Shown here piece by piece: positions 12,580-23,403 of a stretch of DNA of 64,000 bases. The DNA lies in NCBI GenBank assembly GCA_964016885.1, contig OZ024740.1, forward strand, positions 120,528,001 through 120,592,000, read 5' to 3'. A program made the position numbers and the translations under genes. Numbering within the stretch: position 1 is the stretch's first letter; each line of letters opens with the position of its first letter. The notes beneath the pieces were generated by a model. That model saw only the letters and a program-made list of their open reading frames with translations, made no database searches and was not told where the DNA came from. The DNA comes from Eledone cirrhosa (taxonomy: Eukaryota).

Positions 12580-13290
12580 TATCATCATCATCTTCATGCC
12601 CATTTTTCTATGCCTGAATAGATTGGACAGCTCTTTTTCAGCACAACAACTCTCCACTCATCAAGATCTTTTGTCATTGCTTCTATGAGATCCAGAAATT
12701 TGAGATCAGCTCTTATCATCATCCATGTGCATCACATCTCTATACAAGCACAGACATCTCTCTGTACGCTATACCTTTTCCTTCTTATTCTCAGTTTTTC
12801 TCTCAGTTCATTCAAGCTCTACCAGTGGATTGGCAGTATCGGTAGAGGGTCGGACGCCATGCTTTGAAGCATAGAGTTACCTCCCTTTATGATCTGAGTT
12901 CAAATCCCGTCGAGGTTAACTTTGCCTTTCATCCTTACAGGGTCGATAAAATAAAGTACCAGTAATGCAGTGGGATAATTGCTGGCCTTGTGCCAAAAGT
13001 AGAAACAATTAATATTGTATATCCATTGAAGCATGCTTCCTTCATTTCTCTCTAGCCTATGCACAACCTCAACAATCATTGCTCATGTTTCTCTAACATG
13101 CAGTATCACACTTCACAAATAGGCATCATACAGCCATCCTTTCATCCTTAGGAGAAATGTTTTGTTGTCAACTGAGGGAGTAGCTCACTAAACTTATATC
13201 TTATCTTTATTCTACCTACTATGCTCTTGAAGCACTCTCCTCCACTGCTAATTTGAACACCTACGTAGGAGAAACTATCACACAATTCTA
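12580..13290 (-). mobile_element. Decayed RTE 3' remnant interrupted by a SINE
   Basis: (CAT)n tail. 13020-13290 aligns by eye to 8000-8280 (catgcttccttcatttctctctagc, gaagcactctcctccactgctaatttg). Confidence 0.7.
12826..13012 (+). mobile_element. tRNA-derived SINE (4059 family) nested in the RTE remnant
   Basis: gtggattggcagtatcggtagag...gagttcaaatccc...gtagaaacaatt. Confidence 0.9.
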
Positions 13291-14772
13291 TGAATCCTTT
13301 AGGGATTAGAATAGGTTTATATCTCTGACCCTCTTACTATCAAATAGTACATTATTTCATTATGAGGAATTTTTGTTGTTTTAAAAAAGAAATGACTTTT
13401 ATAAACATAATTTGTCAATTGTATGATAAAGCAAATCTAATATATGCACATGAGAAACACACACCCATTTAAACAAACATCAGTATGTGTGTTTGGGCAT
13501 ATAAGCATGTGCATACATATACACACATATCCATGCAAGCTATCAAATAGCTAAGAAGTCCAAGTTTATTTAGTCCTTGAGCGCTTCAATATAGGGAGCT
13601 CATGATGAACATATAACCTTAGATAGCACCCACAGGCTAACACCCCTTGTTGCTGCTCAAACTAATCCTGGTGACCCTAGCATGGGCACTAAACCTTTTC
13701 TATAGACTGAACTATAAAAAAAAAAGCCTAACACTTATTTCATTTAGCTTCTATTTTCATTTTGTTTAGTAGGAATAGTCACTGAACATTTTATCGTTGA
13801 GAATTTAACCCTTTCATATTTTCGCCAGATACTAGCACTCCAATCATCTATCTATACGTAAAAATGCTATCAGTATTTCATACTATCAATTATGTTTGCT
13901 TCAGATAAAAATGCCTGTGATAGTCATGAAATATAATTATTATAAACGTATAATCAATCCAAATTAAATCTGAATAATGGCATATACTACAACTGTTCCA
14001 AAATTGATATTCTAAGAGTACCCGAGGGAAATATGTTAAAAAAGTATTGTACCTTATTCTTTGAGAAGAAAAAATTATGTTGATGTAGTTTGCCTAAAAT
14101 ACAAATTTTGTGAACACGTTTTGAGAAAGACAAAAGAAAATAATTATCCTTTCACTTTATTTAAATTTATTTTGATTTATCACTTTTATGATCCCACTGA
14201 TGAAGAAATAAATCCAGAAATATCAATGTCTTATTTTATTTCTATTTCCTTTTCACTGTTATGTCAGGGAGGCAAGGCCAATGACTACTCTGGTGAAAAG
14301 TAAGGGAGACATTTTCAAACTAAAGACTGGATGCAAAATACTTGCTTGCAACAAAAGAATGCTAAAGGCAGCCAAGAACTGTGAAATGGTATTAAAATAA
14401 GAAAAAGGTTATGTATTTTAGAAAGTGATTTAATCAGATTGACATCTAAATCTTGGTTGCTATAATCATAATAAAAATGGTTCACCATCTCTCAAATTCA
14501 GACAAAATTTGTCATATGAATACTTTAAATTAAAGTTGGAACTAGAGATTCTTTAACAATTCCCATGTCTATTCCCTAATCATATTTTTAGCAGCTTAAA
14601 TGTTCCGAAATTAAGTGTTATATATACATTTCCTCCCCTTTTCATTTGATTCATGCACCAATAAATACTTGGGATATTGAAATATAAACAATTGGGTGAT
14701 TTCCAACAGTCATTATTAGCATATATATATATATGAGATAAAAGAATCAAAGAGCTGTTCAAAACAGTTTTG

Positions 14773-14819
14773 TGCTTACAACTGTTTCCTCCAAACCGAG
14801 GTTTAGATTCTTCGGAGCA
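14773..14819 (-). ncRNA. Minimal hammerhead ribozyme in the PLE1 3' pLTR (CCGAAGA core)
   Basis: Reverse complement: tgct CCGAAGA a tctaaac ctcg gtttgga g GAAA cagttGTA agca. Confidence 0.75.
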
Positions 14820-16267
14820 ATTTATTAATGAATGGAGTTATATGACCTCCTTTTCACCCAAGAGACATATAGATACATATGCAAATATTGTGGGTCAACA
14901 TTCATTACAGCATTTAGAGTGGCAGTACACGCTTAGAGATTACATTCATATTAAAAGGTACAATCAAAAATCAAAAATACAGGTTAAAATACAACATGAA
15001 AATAAGCGGTTATATAGTGCAAATGTTATATGTGTGGCAAGCACGTGCGTCTTGTTTATATAGTGTGGCAGAGAGTTACGTGTCGTAGAAGCACTTAGGT
15101 AGGTAAGCAAGAGTGTTAGGTTGGTTGATCTGGTGGCAAATTCTCTATATGATTGTTATAGTCTGTGTGTGGAGAAATGATATAAGCATTAAAAATAGTG
15201 CAAGCATTAAAAATATTAAAAGTATTGGAAGTGCACAGCGAAGGGATGATATGGACTACATGTACTTCGACATTTTCATAGTCAGGGGAGTGTATTTTTC
15301 AGATTATATGCCCCTCACATAATCCACGACAATTCGATATTGAGCGTTCGACAATCCAGTTAGAGGATCGTAGTCTGATGTTCTTTAGTTCAATACAGGA
15401 GGCTGTTACGTTTCGAGAATCGACATTGAATACTACCCGGAAGTGTGTGTGTGGCTAAGGGGAGTTAATGCATGAGGGGAGGTAACTCCGAGGTTTCTAT
15501 TACTAGCTATTGAAATGTGTCTCAAAATAGACCCTAATTTCTATGGTTATGCGCAACTTCCAAAAAATTTCTAAAGCATAAAGTGTTTTAACTATAGAGT
15601 AGTCTATTAAGTTGTGCTGAAGGTGTTCGTATTATTATGGTGAATTAACCCCCATCGTGGGGTGCCACAAGTGATTATTATAGACGGCGAGCGAGGATTC
15701 TAAATTAATGATCTCTGTGGTTGTAGTCTACTCATAGGACCAGGCGCGGTGATTGCAGAATCACTTCAACACACAATGATCTCTGGTAAGTTCTGGGTCA
15801 TCGCTTGCTACATTGGATGTCGACAGATAATCATCACCAGGGCCGACCAGAGGTCAATCCGCAGTCCTCATGACCCCACTCTGACCATCAGATCATCCAT
15901 ATATGTACAACCCACACGCCAGTTGCAATACATTTATTCTCTGCACTCAGCGTCCTGGTCCTACTGCTCAACAGCGTTACTAGATTAAATCGTTTTCCAT
16001 CTGTCCCAGGAAGGCACTTCCTCCACACAACACTACCAAGCCAATCAATTCATGCTTAAATTACCTATAGAGCGGTGTAGTGCAGTTCAAGTGGGTGGAT
16101 GCTGTCACACCTAACGTAGAGGTATAAATGGGTATTCTCCCTGCTAAGGGTTCCAGAGGGATGTCGTTGTTTGTGTTATATTAGATCAGTTAGTGTTGGG
16201 TATGTGGTATAAGGTGTGCCCCTGGTGTTTGACACTAGAGGTGGTGTTTGGTTCAAGTCCGACATTG

Positions 16268-18095
16268 CTATATATTGGGCTTAAAGTTTGGGAAAGAATG
16301 TCTGAAGCGGTGCTGGCAAGTTGCAAACACTTCAGATTTTTTGTTAAGTAGGTTACGGTTAGAGAAGATAATATTGTGGGTCTCTAGTATACAGAGGTTA
16401 CAAAATTTATTAGGTGGTTTGTACGAAGTCGCGCTGCCTATCACTTCCCATTTGAGTGTGTATGGTTTATTTTTAGTTTTTAGATAGTGTATGTAGCTAG
16501 ATAGTGAGGTGGAGTTGGCTAGGCTGTGCTTTTTGAACGAGTGGATGTGCGAATTATATCTGATTTTGAAGCAGTTAGAAGTGGAGCCTACATAGGTTTC
16601 TGAAGAGTTGCTAGTTGTGACGGTGCATGAGTATATGATATCCTTGGTTAGGCATTTTTTATCTAAAGGGCAGGTTCTATTAGCTCTACAGTTACAATTA
16701 TCCTGTGTGTTAGTCTGCTGGTTATAATGCAGTGCAGAAGTCTGGGTGGTAGCTATAGGATTTTGGACATTCGGGTTGTCAACCCCGGTGTTATTTCTTA
16801 TACTAGTGTTATTTCTATTGTTACTGCCGTTACTATGGTTGCTTGCTACAGAGGTATTTAGAAGGTTTGCATCCTGTTGTGATTTCATTTGTTGGAAGTA
16901 AGAATTAATTTTACTTTTATTGCTGCTAGCTATGTGGTATGCTAAGTTAGGCGTCGTAGAGTATGAGATTTTAATAGCGTTTTTGTTTAAAAGGTTGTGG
17001 TACTTGTGTCCTAGAGCGAAGTTTTTATCTAGTAGTGAGAAGAAAGCCCTAGGTATGTTGGTGGAGACATTTAGGTTGAAAGGAGGGTTGAAAAATGTAT
17101 TATTTCTTCTTCTATTTTTGTTTCTAGTGTTTGGTGTGTTGTTTCTTCCTAAGGCACTACAGTAGTTTCCGTGGTAATGGTTACTTCCGGTGGCACCCTC
17201 CGCTTTGGTGTACTTGTGGTTGCTATTCCTATTATTAGGTTTCCCCATGGACATGTTGTGCGAGATGATGCTGTAGCTATGTGTTTTCTTAGGTAGGAAC
17301 TCAATTTCTATATTATGGCCGGATCTAGCTAATGCTTGATTGTAATATTGTGAGTTTTTGCTAAATATATTTGCGTCATAGGATAGACTAGAGATTCTAT
17401 TGGATACCCCCTTAGAGATAGAGTTTAATATTAATCTAGGGTGATTAGACTTGGTATCTACGTAAATGAGTTTTTCGTTAGGCTTATGGAAAGGTGTATA
17501 TATTTTTGAGTCTAGGTATAGTGTGGCGTCTAGGAAGTTAACATTTTTAGTGTTTTTGTCCATGGTGATACTAAGGTTAAAGTTTTTGAATGTCTTGTGC
17601 AATTGTTTTCTAGTTTTTTCTATATTAAATTTTTTATATTCTATAAGTAGAAGTGCATCATCGCGGTACAAACCACCGTTGAGGTAAGGGAGGTCCTTAT
17701 GGATTTCATTAAGAAGGTATAGGCCGACCAAATCAGTGACCTGTGCCGAGTCACTAGATCCCATGGTTATGTCGAAGTTGTTGTGTGTATCCTTGCGTGT
17801 CCATAGTTGGTCCTCGAAGGTGATTATGGTTTTACGGACCACAAGGATGACATCAATCTGGACTCTAGTCAGGTCGCTATTGTTCATGGCCATGATTAGT
17901 GCCTTATTTAATAGGATAGGGGAAATAGAGGTGTAGTAGGAATTGATATCAAATTGAATAAATTTTTTGTCCTTATTATTCTTGATATCTTTGAACCATT
18001 CAATCACTTCACCCGTATTTCCCCATTGTTTAAGGTGTATCTTGTGTTTAATTTGTGGGATGATTTTATCCAAAATTTTCTTGCTGATAATACCA
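16268..18095 (-). CDS. PLE reverse transcriptase + C-terminal GIY-YIG endonuclease (5'-truncated, uninterrupted frame)
   Basis: FIQFDINSYYTSI, FDITMGSSDSAQVTDLVGLYLL, GGLYRDD, VNFLD, SNHP, CNCRANRTCPL..KCL, IIY...YVG, FKIRYNSH, CNLC..E...LLN...CQH. The frame extends upstream of the track start to the inversion junction (IGIISKKILDKI). Confidence 0.93.
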
Positions 18096-18291
18096 ATAAC
18101 CGCTTATTTTCATGTTGTATTTTAACCTGTATTTTTGATTTTTGATTGTACCTTTTAATATGAATGTAATCTCTAAGTGTGTACTGCCACTCTAAATGCT
18201 GTAATGAATGTTGACCCACAATATTTGCATATTTATCTGTATGTCTCTTGGGTGAAAAGGAGGTCATATAACTGTTCATTCATTAATAAAT

Positions 18292-18338
18292 TGCTCCGAA
18301 GAATCCAAACCTCGGTTTGGAGGAAACAGTTGTAAGCA
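18292..18338 (+). ncRNA. Minimal hammerhead ribozyme in the PLE1 inverted pLTR (CCGAAGA core)
   Basis: tgct CCGAAGA a tccaaac ctcg gtttgga g GAAA cagttGTA agca: 4-bp stem I, 7-bp stem II, GTA triplet. Confidence 0.8.
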
Positions 18339-18548
18339 CAAAAATGTTTTGAACAGCTCTTTGATTCTTTTATCTCATATAACTGCTCTGTAAATCATCT
18401 GATGTTTTTACATTGAGCTACTTAACTTACTGGTAATAAGGTAGTAATATATTACTGCCTACCACTATTTAGGGTTTGTATAGAAAAATATATATATAAC
18501 TGCAAAAGGTTTTTGTATTTACATAACCATGAATAGTATAATTAATAC

Positions 18549-18579
<31 letters not shown>

Positions 18580-18668
18580 GCAAAAAGTAAATGGAGAAAA
18601 AAACAAAGCAAACTACACTGTTCACTGATGAAATATATTAATTTAACACTTGAAATAGTGAGAAATAT

Positions 18669-18708
18669 GTCTTTATGTTTCGGATACTATTCCTTCATCA
18701 GAAAATAG
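18669..18708 (-). ncRNA. Minimal hammerhead motif in a ~200-bp solo pLTR-like repeat (18576-18775)
   Basis: Reverse complement: ctatttt CTGATGA a gga atagta tcc GAAA cataaagac. Stems I and III are weak. Homologous to the 1921 and 49405 copies. Confidence 0.55.
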
Positions 18709-18984
18709 AAAGAGAGAAAATAGAAAGATAGAGTGAAAGGAGGAAAAAATGAAAAAAACCATGTTCAGTGACCCTAATACTTTATGTCTATAGATAAACA
18801 CCAGAGTAAACAGACCCACCTGGGCACTTCATCGAGTGCTCTACCCTGCATACTGAAGTGTCAGTGATTAACCAACATATACTTGAATACATAGATAGAT
18901 AGACTCTGGTATGGTGACGTGGAAAGTCACAAATCAGAAAAAATATTTGATATATGGTAAGATGCAGAGGTGGGTATATTAGGA

Positions 18985-19041
18985 AAAGTAGAGATAGGCA
19001 GTAATGCATATATATATATATATGCATTACTGCCTATCTCT

Positions 19042-19046
<5 letters not shown>
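18985..19046. repeat. Perfect 62-bp palindrome with a (TA)n centre
   Basis: aaagtagagataggcagtaatgca-(TA)n-tgcattactgcctatctctacttt. Confidence 0.95.
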
Positions 19047-19107
<61 letters not shown>

Positions 19108-19218
19108 AAGTTATATTTAAAATTGTTGGGTTACAACTAGTAAATATTTATAACTGATATAAAAGCACTCGACAAATACTTGGAGTATATTTACAATATT
19201 AAATAAACACAACCTTTC

Positions 19219-20910
19219 GTGCCCAGGAAACCGAAGATCAATATGAAGGACCACAAGAGGAATTTTGAGATTGACCTGCCAGTTAGATTAATCGCACCTT
19301 CAAAATCGGACCTGGGCAAATTAAGCAAAAACATTCTTGACAGGGTGATACTGCAAATTAAGAACTTGGATTATGTATCTAACCTGAGCTTGTGGAAGGG
19401 AACTGGAGAGGTTGTTGAGTGGTTTAGGCAAATTAAATATGACAATAATAATAGGTTTATTCAACTTGATATAGCTAACTATTATTCTTCTATTACCCCT
19501 AGTCTACTAAATAAGGCACTAAATTACGCATTCAAACATACGGACCTAACTAGCAAAGAAATGCATATTATATTATCGGCTAGGAAAACTTTGATAGAAT
19601 TTGATGACAAATTATGGACCAGAGCAGATAGAGATAGCAATTTTGACATAACTATGGGATCTTCCGACTCAGCTCAAGTAACTGACCTTGTGGGCTTATT
19701 TTTAATCAATTCGCTACATAGGAAAATACCTGGTACTACCGGAGGTTTATATAGGGATGACATGCTTTTACTCATTAATAATAATAACCCTGAACTAAAT
19801 AGAAAATGTAAACAAATTACAAAATTTTTTAATTACTTTAACCTTAAAATAGAAATTGAGAACAACCATAGAATAGTCAATTTCCTAGATATAACATTAA
19901 ATCTCAACACATGTCTCCACTATCCTTTTCACAAGTTGAATGAAAACTTAAACTATGTCAACTTTAACTCTAACCACCCCAGATCTGTCAAAAACACTAT
20001 AGTAAACTCAGTCCAAAAGCGTATCTCTAGGATCTCATCGAATAGAAAGATTTTTGACGAAAAGGCCCAATACTATAATGATGCACTAGCTAGGGCAGGG
20101 TATGCTGATAAGATTGTGTACATAGATAATGATAAACAAACTAAACAAAGTAACAACTTTTTTAATTATGGCAACAACATTAACAACTATAATAGAAAGC
20201 ATTACAATAATTCCAAAGGACAAAAAAGAAATAGAACTAGGAACATAATTTGGTTTGCCCCCCCTTTCTCACTAAACATTAAAACCCACATCGCTAAATT
20301 ATTTTTCAAAGCTCTTGATAATCGCTTCCCTAGAACACATAGGTACCACTCAATCTTCAATAGGCATACAATTAAATTAACCTATTCATCCACCAAAAAT
20401 TTAGCACAAAATATTAATAGAATAAATAATAGGAACTTAAAACCTACTGATAATAGCATAAATAATATACAAGTTAACAAATGTAACTGTAGAGATAGAT
20501 CTAAATGTCCGTTAAATAACAACTGCTTAGTTAAAAATATTGTATACAATTGTAATGTTAATACTGACTCTAATTCTTTTAACTACGTCGGTTCCACATC
20601 GACGGAATTTAAACTTCGCTATAATAACCACAAGAATTCTTTCACAGATCCAAATAAAAAATCTTCAACGGCACTATCAGGTGTACTCTGGCAACTTAAG
20701 CTAGATAACGTTAGATATTCGACGGCTTGGAATATAGTCTCAAGAGGGATTCCTTTTAATTCATCCTCTGAGACATGTGACCTCTGCGCAGAGGAGATAT
20801 TCTTTATACTAAAATCTAAAAATTCCCTTAACCTACGGACAAATTTATTCAGTTGTTGCAAACATAGATTAAACTCAACGTTTAAATATAAATTTAAATT
20901 TAAAATGTAG
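19219..20910 (+). CDS. PLE reverse transcriptase + C-terminal GIY-YIG endonuclease (5'-truncated, uninterrupted frame)
   Basis: KDHK..F...PVRLIAP, FIQLDIANYYSSI, FDITMGSSDSAQVTDLVG, GGLYRDD, VNFLDI, IIWFAPPFS, CNCRDRSKCPL..NCL, IVY...YVG, FKLRYNNH, CDLC.EE...LN...CKH. Confidence 0.94.
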   Translation: MPRKPKINMKDHKRNFEIDLPVRLIAPSKSDLGKLSKNILDRVILQIKNLDYVSNLSLWKGTGEVVEWFRQIKYDNNNRFIQLDIANYYSSITPSLLNKALNYAFKHTDLTSKEMHIILSARKTLIEFDDKLWTRADRDSNFDITMGSSDSAQVTDLVGLFLINSLHRKIPGTTGGLYRDDMLLLINNNNPELNRKCKQITKFFNYFNLKIEIENNHRIVNFLDITLNLNTCLHYPFHKLNENLNYVNFNSNHPRSVKNTIVNSVQKRISRISSNRKIFDEKAQYYNDALARAGYADKIVYIDNDKQTKQSNNFFNYGNNINNYNRKHYNNSKGQKRNRTRNIIWFAPPFSLNIKTHIAKLFFKALDNRFPRTHRYHSIFNRHTIKLTYSSTKNLAQNINRINNRNLKPTDNSINNIQVNKCNCRDRSKCPLNNNCLVKNIVYNCNVNTDSNSFNYVGSTSTEFKLRYNNHKNSFTDPNKKSSTALSGVLWQLKLDNVRYSTAWNIVSRGIPFNSSSETCDLCAEEIFFILKSKNSLNLRTNLFSCCKHRLNSTFKYKFKFKM

Positions 20911-21467
20911 TATATTTAGTTTGATTTATATTTATATGAGAACTAGCCGATAAATCTTTTGATTCCTAAATCTTTGATTCCCTCTTTTTACTCTTTTTAT
21001 TGTTTATTTTTTTTTTATTGTATTTATTTTTATTTTTATTTTTATTTATTTTTATCTAAACATTCCTCATGAAAAATTAAGCTACCCTAAAAGCCGATGC
21101 TCCAAATTTTCTGAATTAACCTTACACTTGATAAACTTATATATTAAATATAGGAACATATGTAGACATTATTGGACATCATAATCTTTTTTTGCGATAT
21201 TCCTTGCTAGATGTGATTTGATAGATAATTTTTGGCTTTGTCTTGTAGTGAACTTGGCAATATATTGTCAATTAACCTTGAAGGGTTGTTCTTTGTGGTT
21301 TATTTTTTATTTTCATTTTTTTATTTTTATTTTTATTTTTATTTTTATTTTTATTTATTTTTATTTGTATTTTTATTTTTATTCTTTTAGTATTGTAGTA
21401 TTCTATAATATTTTTATATTTTTATTTTTTATTTTATTTTATTTTTATTTTTAATATTTTTATATGT

Positions 21468-21507
<40 letters not shown>

Positions 21508-22504
21508 CTTTAATATTTTTAATATTTTTAATATTGTTATATGTAAAGTTTTAATACGTAATATTTTTAATACGTAGTATTTTTAATATGCAATATTTTT
21601 ATTATGTAATATTCTTTCGTAATATTCTTTTTCTTTTTTAGTTTTCTATTCTATATTTTTATATTTTTACATATTTTTACTTATTATCATTATTATTGTT
21701 ATCTCTGCTTATAATATAATATATATTTTCGATTAGTATATTGAAATCTGCTCTCTATTTCTGCTTGATAGATAATCTTGTAGAGTAATCGCATGAATAA
21801 TAATACGCTCAAATGTTTATACCACATTGAGAATGTTTTCCGGTAACTTTGAATTTGCGGAGTGAATCAGTTGGATTCACATAGACATATGAATTTTTAA
21901 AAAACTAAACATAAGATAATGAATTTTCACGCATTGTGAATACTTGTTTCATTCAGGAATACTGATATTTACAATATAGTGTAAGTTTTATAAATACTAA
22001 TACATTAAAACATAGGGTTTCCTACGCCTCGAATATGTCTGGCTATTTTTAAATTTTTCTCTCTCTATATCTCTCTATATCTCTCTATATCTCTCTATAT
22101 CTCCCTTACATTAATACTTGAGCTAAATAAATAAATAAATAAATAAATAAATGCATCATTGATACACTTACTCAAAATGACCTCCCACTACCTAATTTTT
22201 CTATATCTATATTTATATATGTATCTATCTCTATTTCCTCTCTCTCTCTATATATATATATATCTCTTTCGGTCTCTTTACATGAAGCTCTTCGCTTTAT
22301 CTATTTTTCCATCTCTCTATTTTGTCCCATGCATTTCTTCTTTCTTCCTTTTCTTCGTTTTGTCTTTCTTTCTTTCTTATTTCCCTCTTTTCTCTCTCTC
22401 TTTCTTTCTCTCTGTATTTTCACTGCTAGAGTGAACCTCTTCAAATGAAGTTGATGTTTATTACGGTATGTCGAATATATTTATCTATAAAACTGTTTAT
22501 ATTG

Positions 22505-22570
22505 TATTTTGTCTGATGAAGGCATAGCATATTGTTAATATGATATCCCCGAAATATATATAATGAAATA
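22505..22570 (+). ncRNA. Hammerhead ribozyme in the PLE2 3' terminus
   Basis: tattttgt CTGATGA a ggcatagcatat tgtta atatgatatccc c GAAA tatatATA atgaaata. Canonical core; long stem II with two mismatches; stem I with G-U pairs. Confidence 0.7.
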
Positions 22571-22634
22571 AATATGGTTTTATAAATATAGTTTTCCATT
22601 TATTTAATATTGTATATATATATATATATATATG

Positions 22635-22985
22635 AAATAATTAAGTCAAATATGTAAAATTAGGCTTCGTTTATTATGAATTATAGATATACTGCTATAC
22701 ATATTTCAGTGACAGCCATCATTGGCTGTGTAAAACACACTTCAACAACATGTGTACCTGTCTTTCCCTCACCAATTCGGACTGGCTGAAGAGGTCACAG
22801 CCAATGATGGCTGTCACCGAAATATGTATAGCAGTATATCTATAATTCATAATAAACGAAGCCAAATTTTGCATATTTGACTTAATTATTTGACATTACT
22901 CCGGAGTAAACAAACCACCCTGCGTACTTCTTCGCGTGCTCCAATCTGCATACTGAGGTGTCGGTAAACAACCAACATATACTCA

Positions 22986-22988
<3 letters not shown>
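22635..22988. mobile_element. Fold-back PLE-terminus element with HHR and one-sided tail, in (TA)n
   Basis: 96-bp inverted arms at 22635-22730 and 22796-22891. The tail (22892-22988) is similar to 18801-18888. Confidence 0.8.
22781..22835 (+). ncRNA. Minimal hammerhead ribozyme
   Basis: actgg CTGAAGA ggtcacagcca atga tggctgtcacc GAAA tatgtATA gcagt. Confidence 0.8.
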
Positions 22989-23020
<32 letters not shown>

Positions 23021-23022
<2 letters not shown>

Positions 23023-23227
23023 AAAGAAATAAGATTTCGCTTCAAGCATAGCTATACAATATGTCTAGAAATTTCGTATTTCTAAAGAAATACGGTTTTA
23101 GGAAGCCATAGCTATGCAAACACTGAGTGCCTAACGCCGTCTGGTGATGTCCAGCAGTCTTTAGAAATATGAAATTTTTATACATATTGTATAAAGCTAT
23201 GCTTGAAGTGAAATATTATTTCTTTTC
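23021..23227. repeat. ~68-bp inverted repeat with ~70-bp spacer (fold-back element)
   Basis: gaaaagaaataagatttcgcttcaagcatagc...tctaaaga (23021-23088) versus its reverse complement at 23158-23227. Confidence 0.85.
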
Positions 23228-23350
23228 TATTATAATTTGAGCCAACTTATGCAGCTTCATATGCAAATGAGATTAATCACTTCATTTACACAGATGAGAA
23301 AACTATATTTTCTCGGCTGTTTTCAAGTCAAGCAGTTGCAAGCGGTGGGA

Positions 23351-23403
23351 GGGATCATCCTGACAAAGGCCAGTTAAGCCTGAAATGCATAGACGGTTGT
23401 CCC
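23351..23403 (+). ncRNA. Degenerate minimal hammerhead motif
   Basis: gggatcatc CTGACAA aggc cagttaa gcct GAAA tgcATA gacggttgtccc. Core G8 is mutated. Confidence 0.55.

Larger units (their letters stand above)
14731..18490 (-). mobile_element. Penelope-like element 1: 5'-truncated body with inverted pLTR copy, inserted in (TA)n
   Basis: RT+GIY-YIG ORF. A ~283-bp inverted repeat lies at 14731-15013 and 18096-18380. About 110 bp of probable tail follows the 5' inverted copy. TA runs on both sides. Confidence 0.92.
19101..22614 (+). mobile_element. Penelope-like element 2: 5'-truncated, long AT-rich 3' region, inverted tail at the 5' end, in (TA)n
   Basis: ORF, then about 1.7 kb ending in an HHR-bearing terminus. 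The terminal 16-mer tttatttaatattgta (22599-22614) recurs inverted at 19192-19207. (TA)n on both sides. Confidence 0.82.

Noticed and set aside
14770-15063. 97-aa ORF duplicated at 18004-18279
   Set aside because: Antisense reading of the pLTR; the duplication is explained by the inverted repeat.
18625-18660. CTGATGA...GAAA on the plus strand (similar cases at ~4306 and ~14197)
   Set aside because: No stem II or stem III can be formed; likely chance matches in AT-rich DNA.
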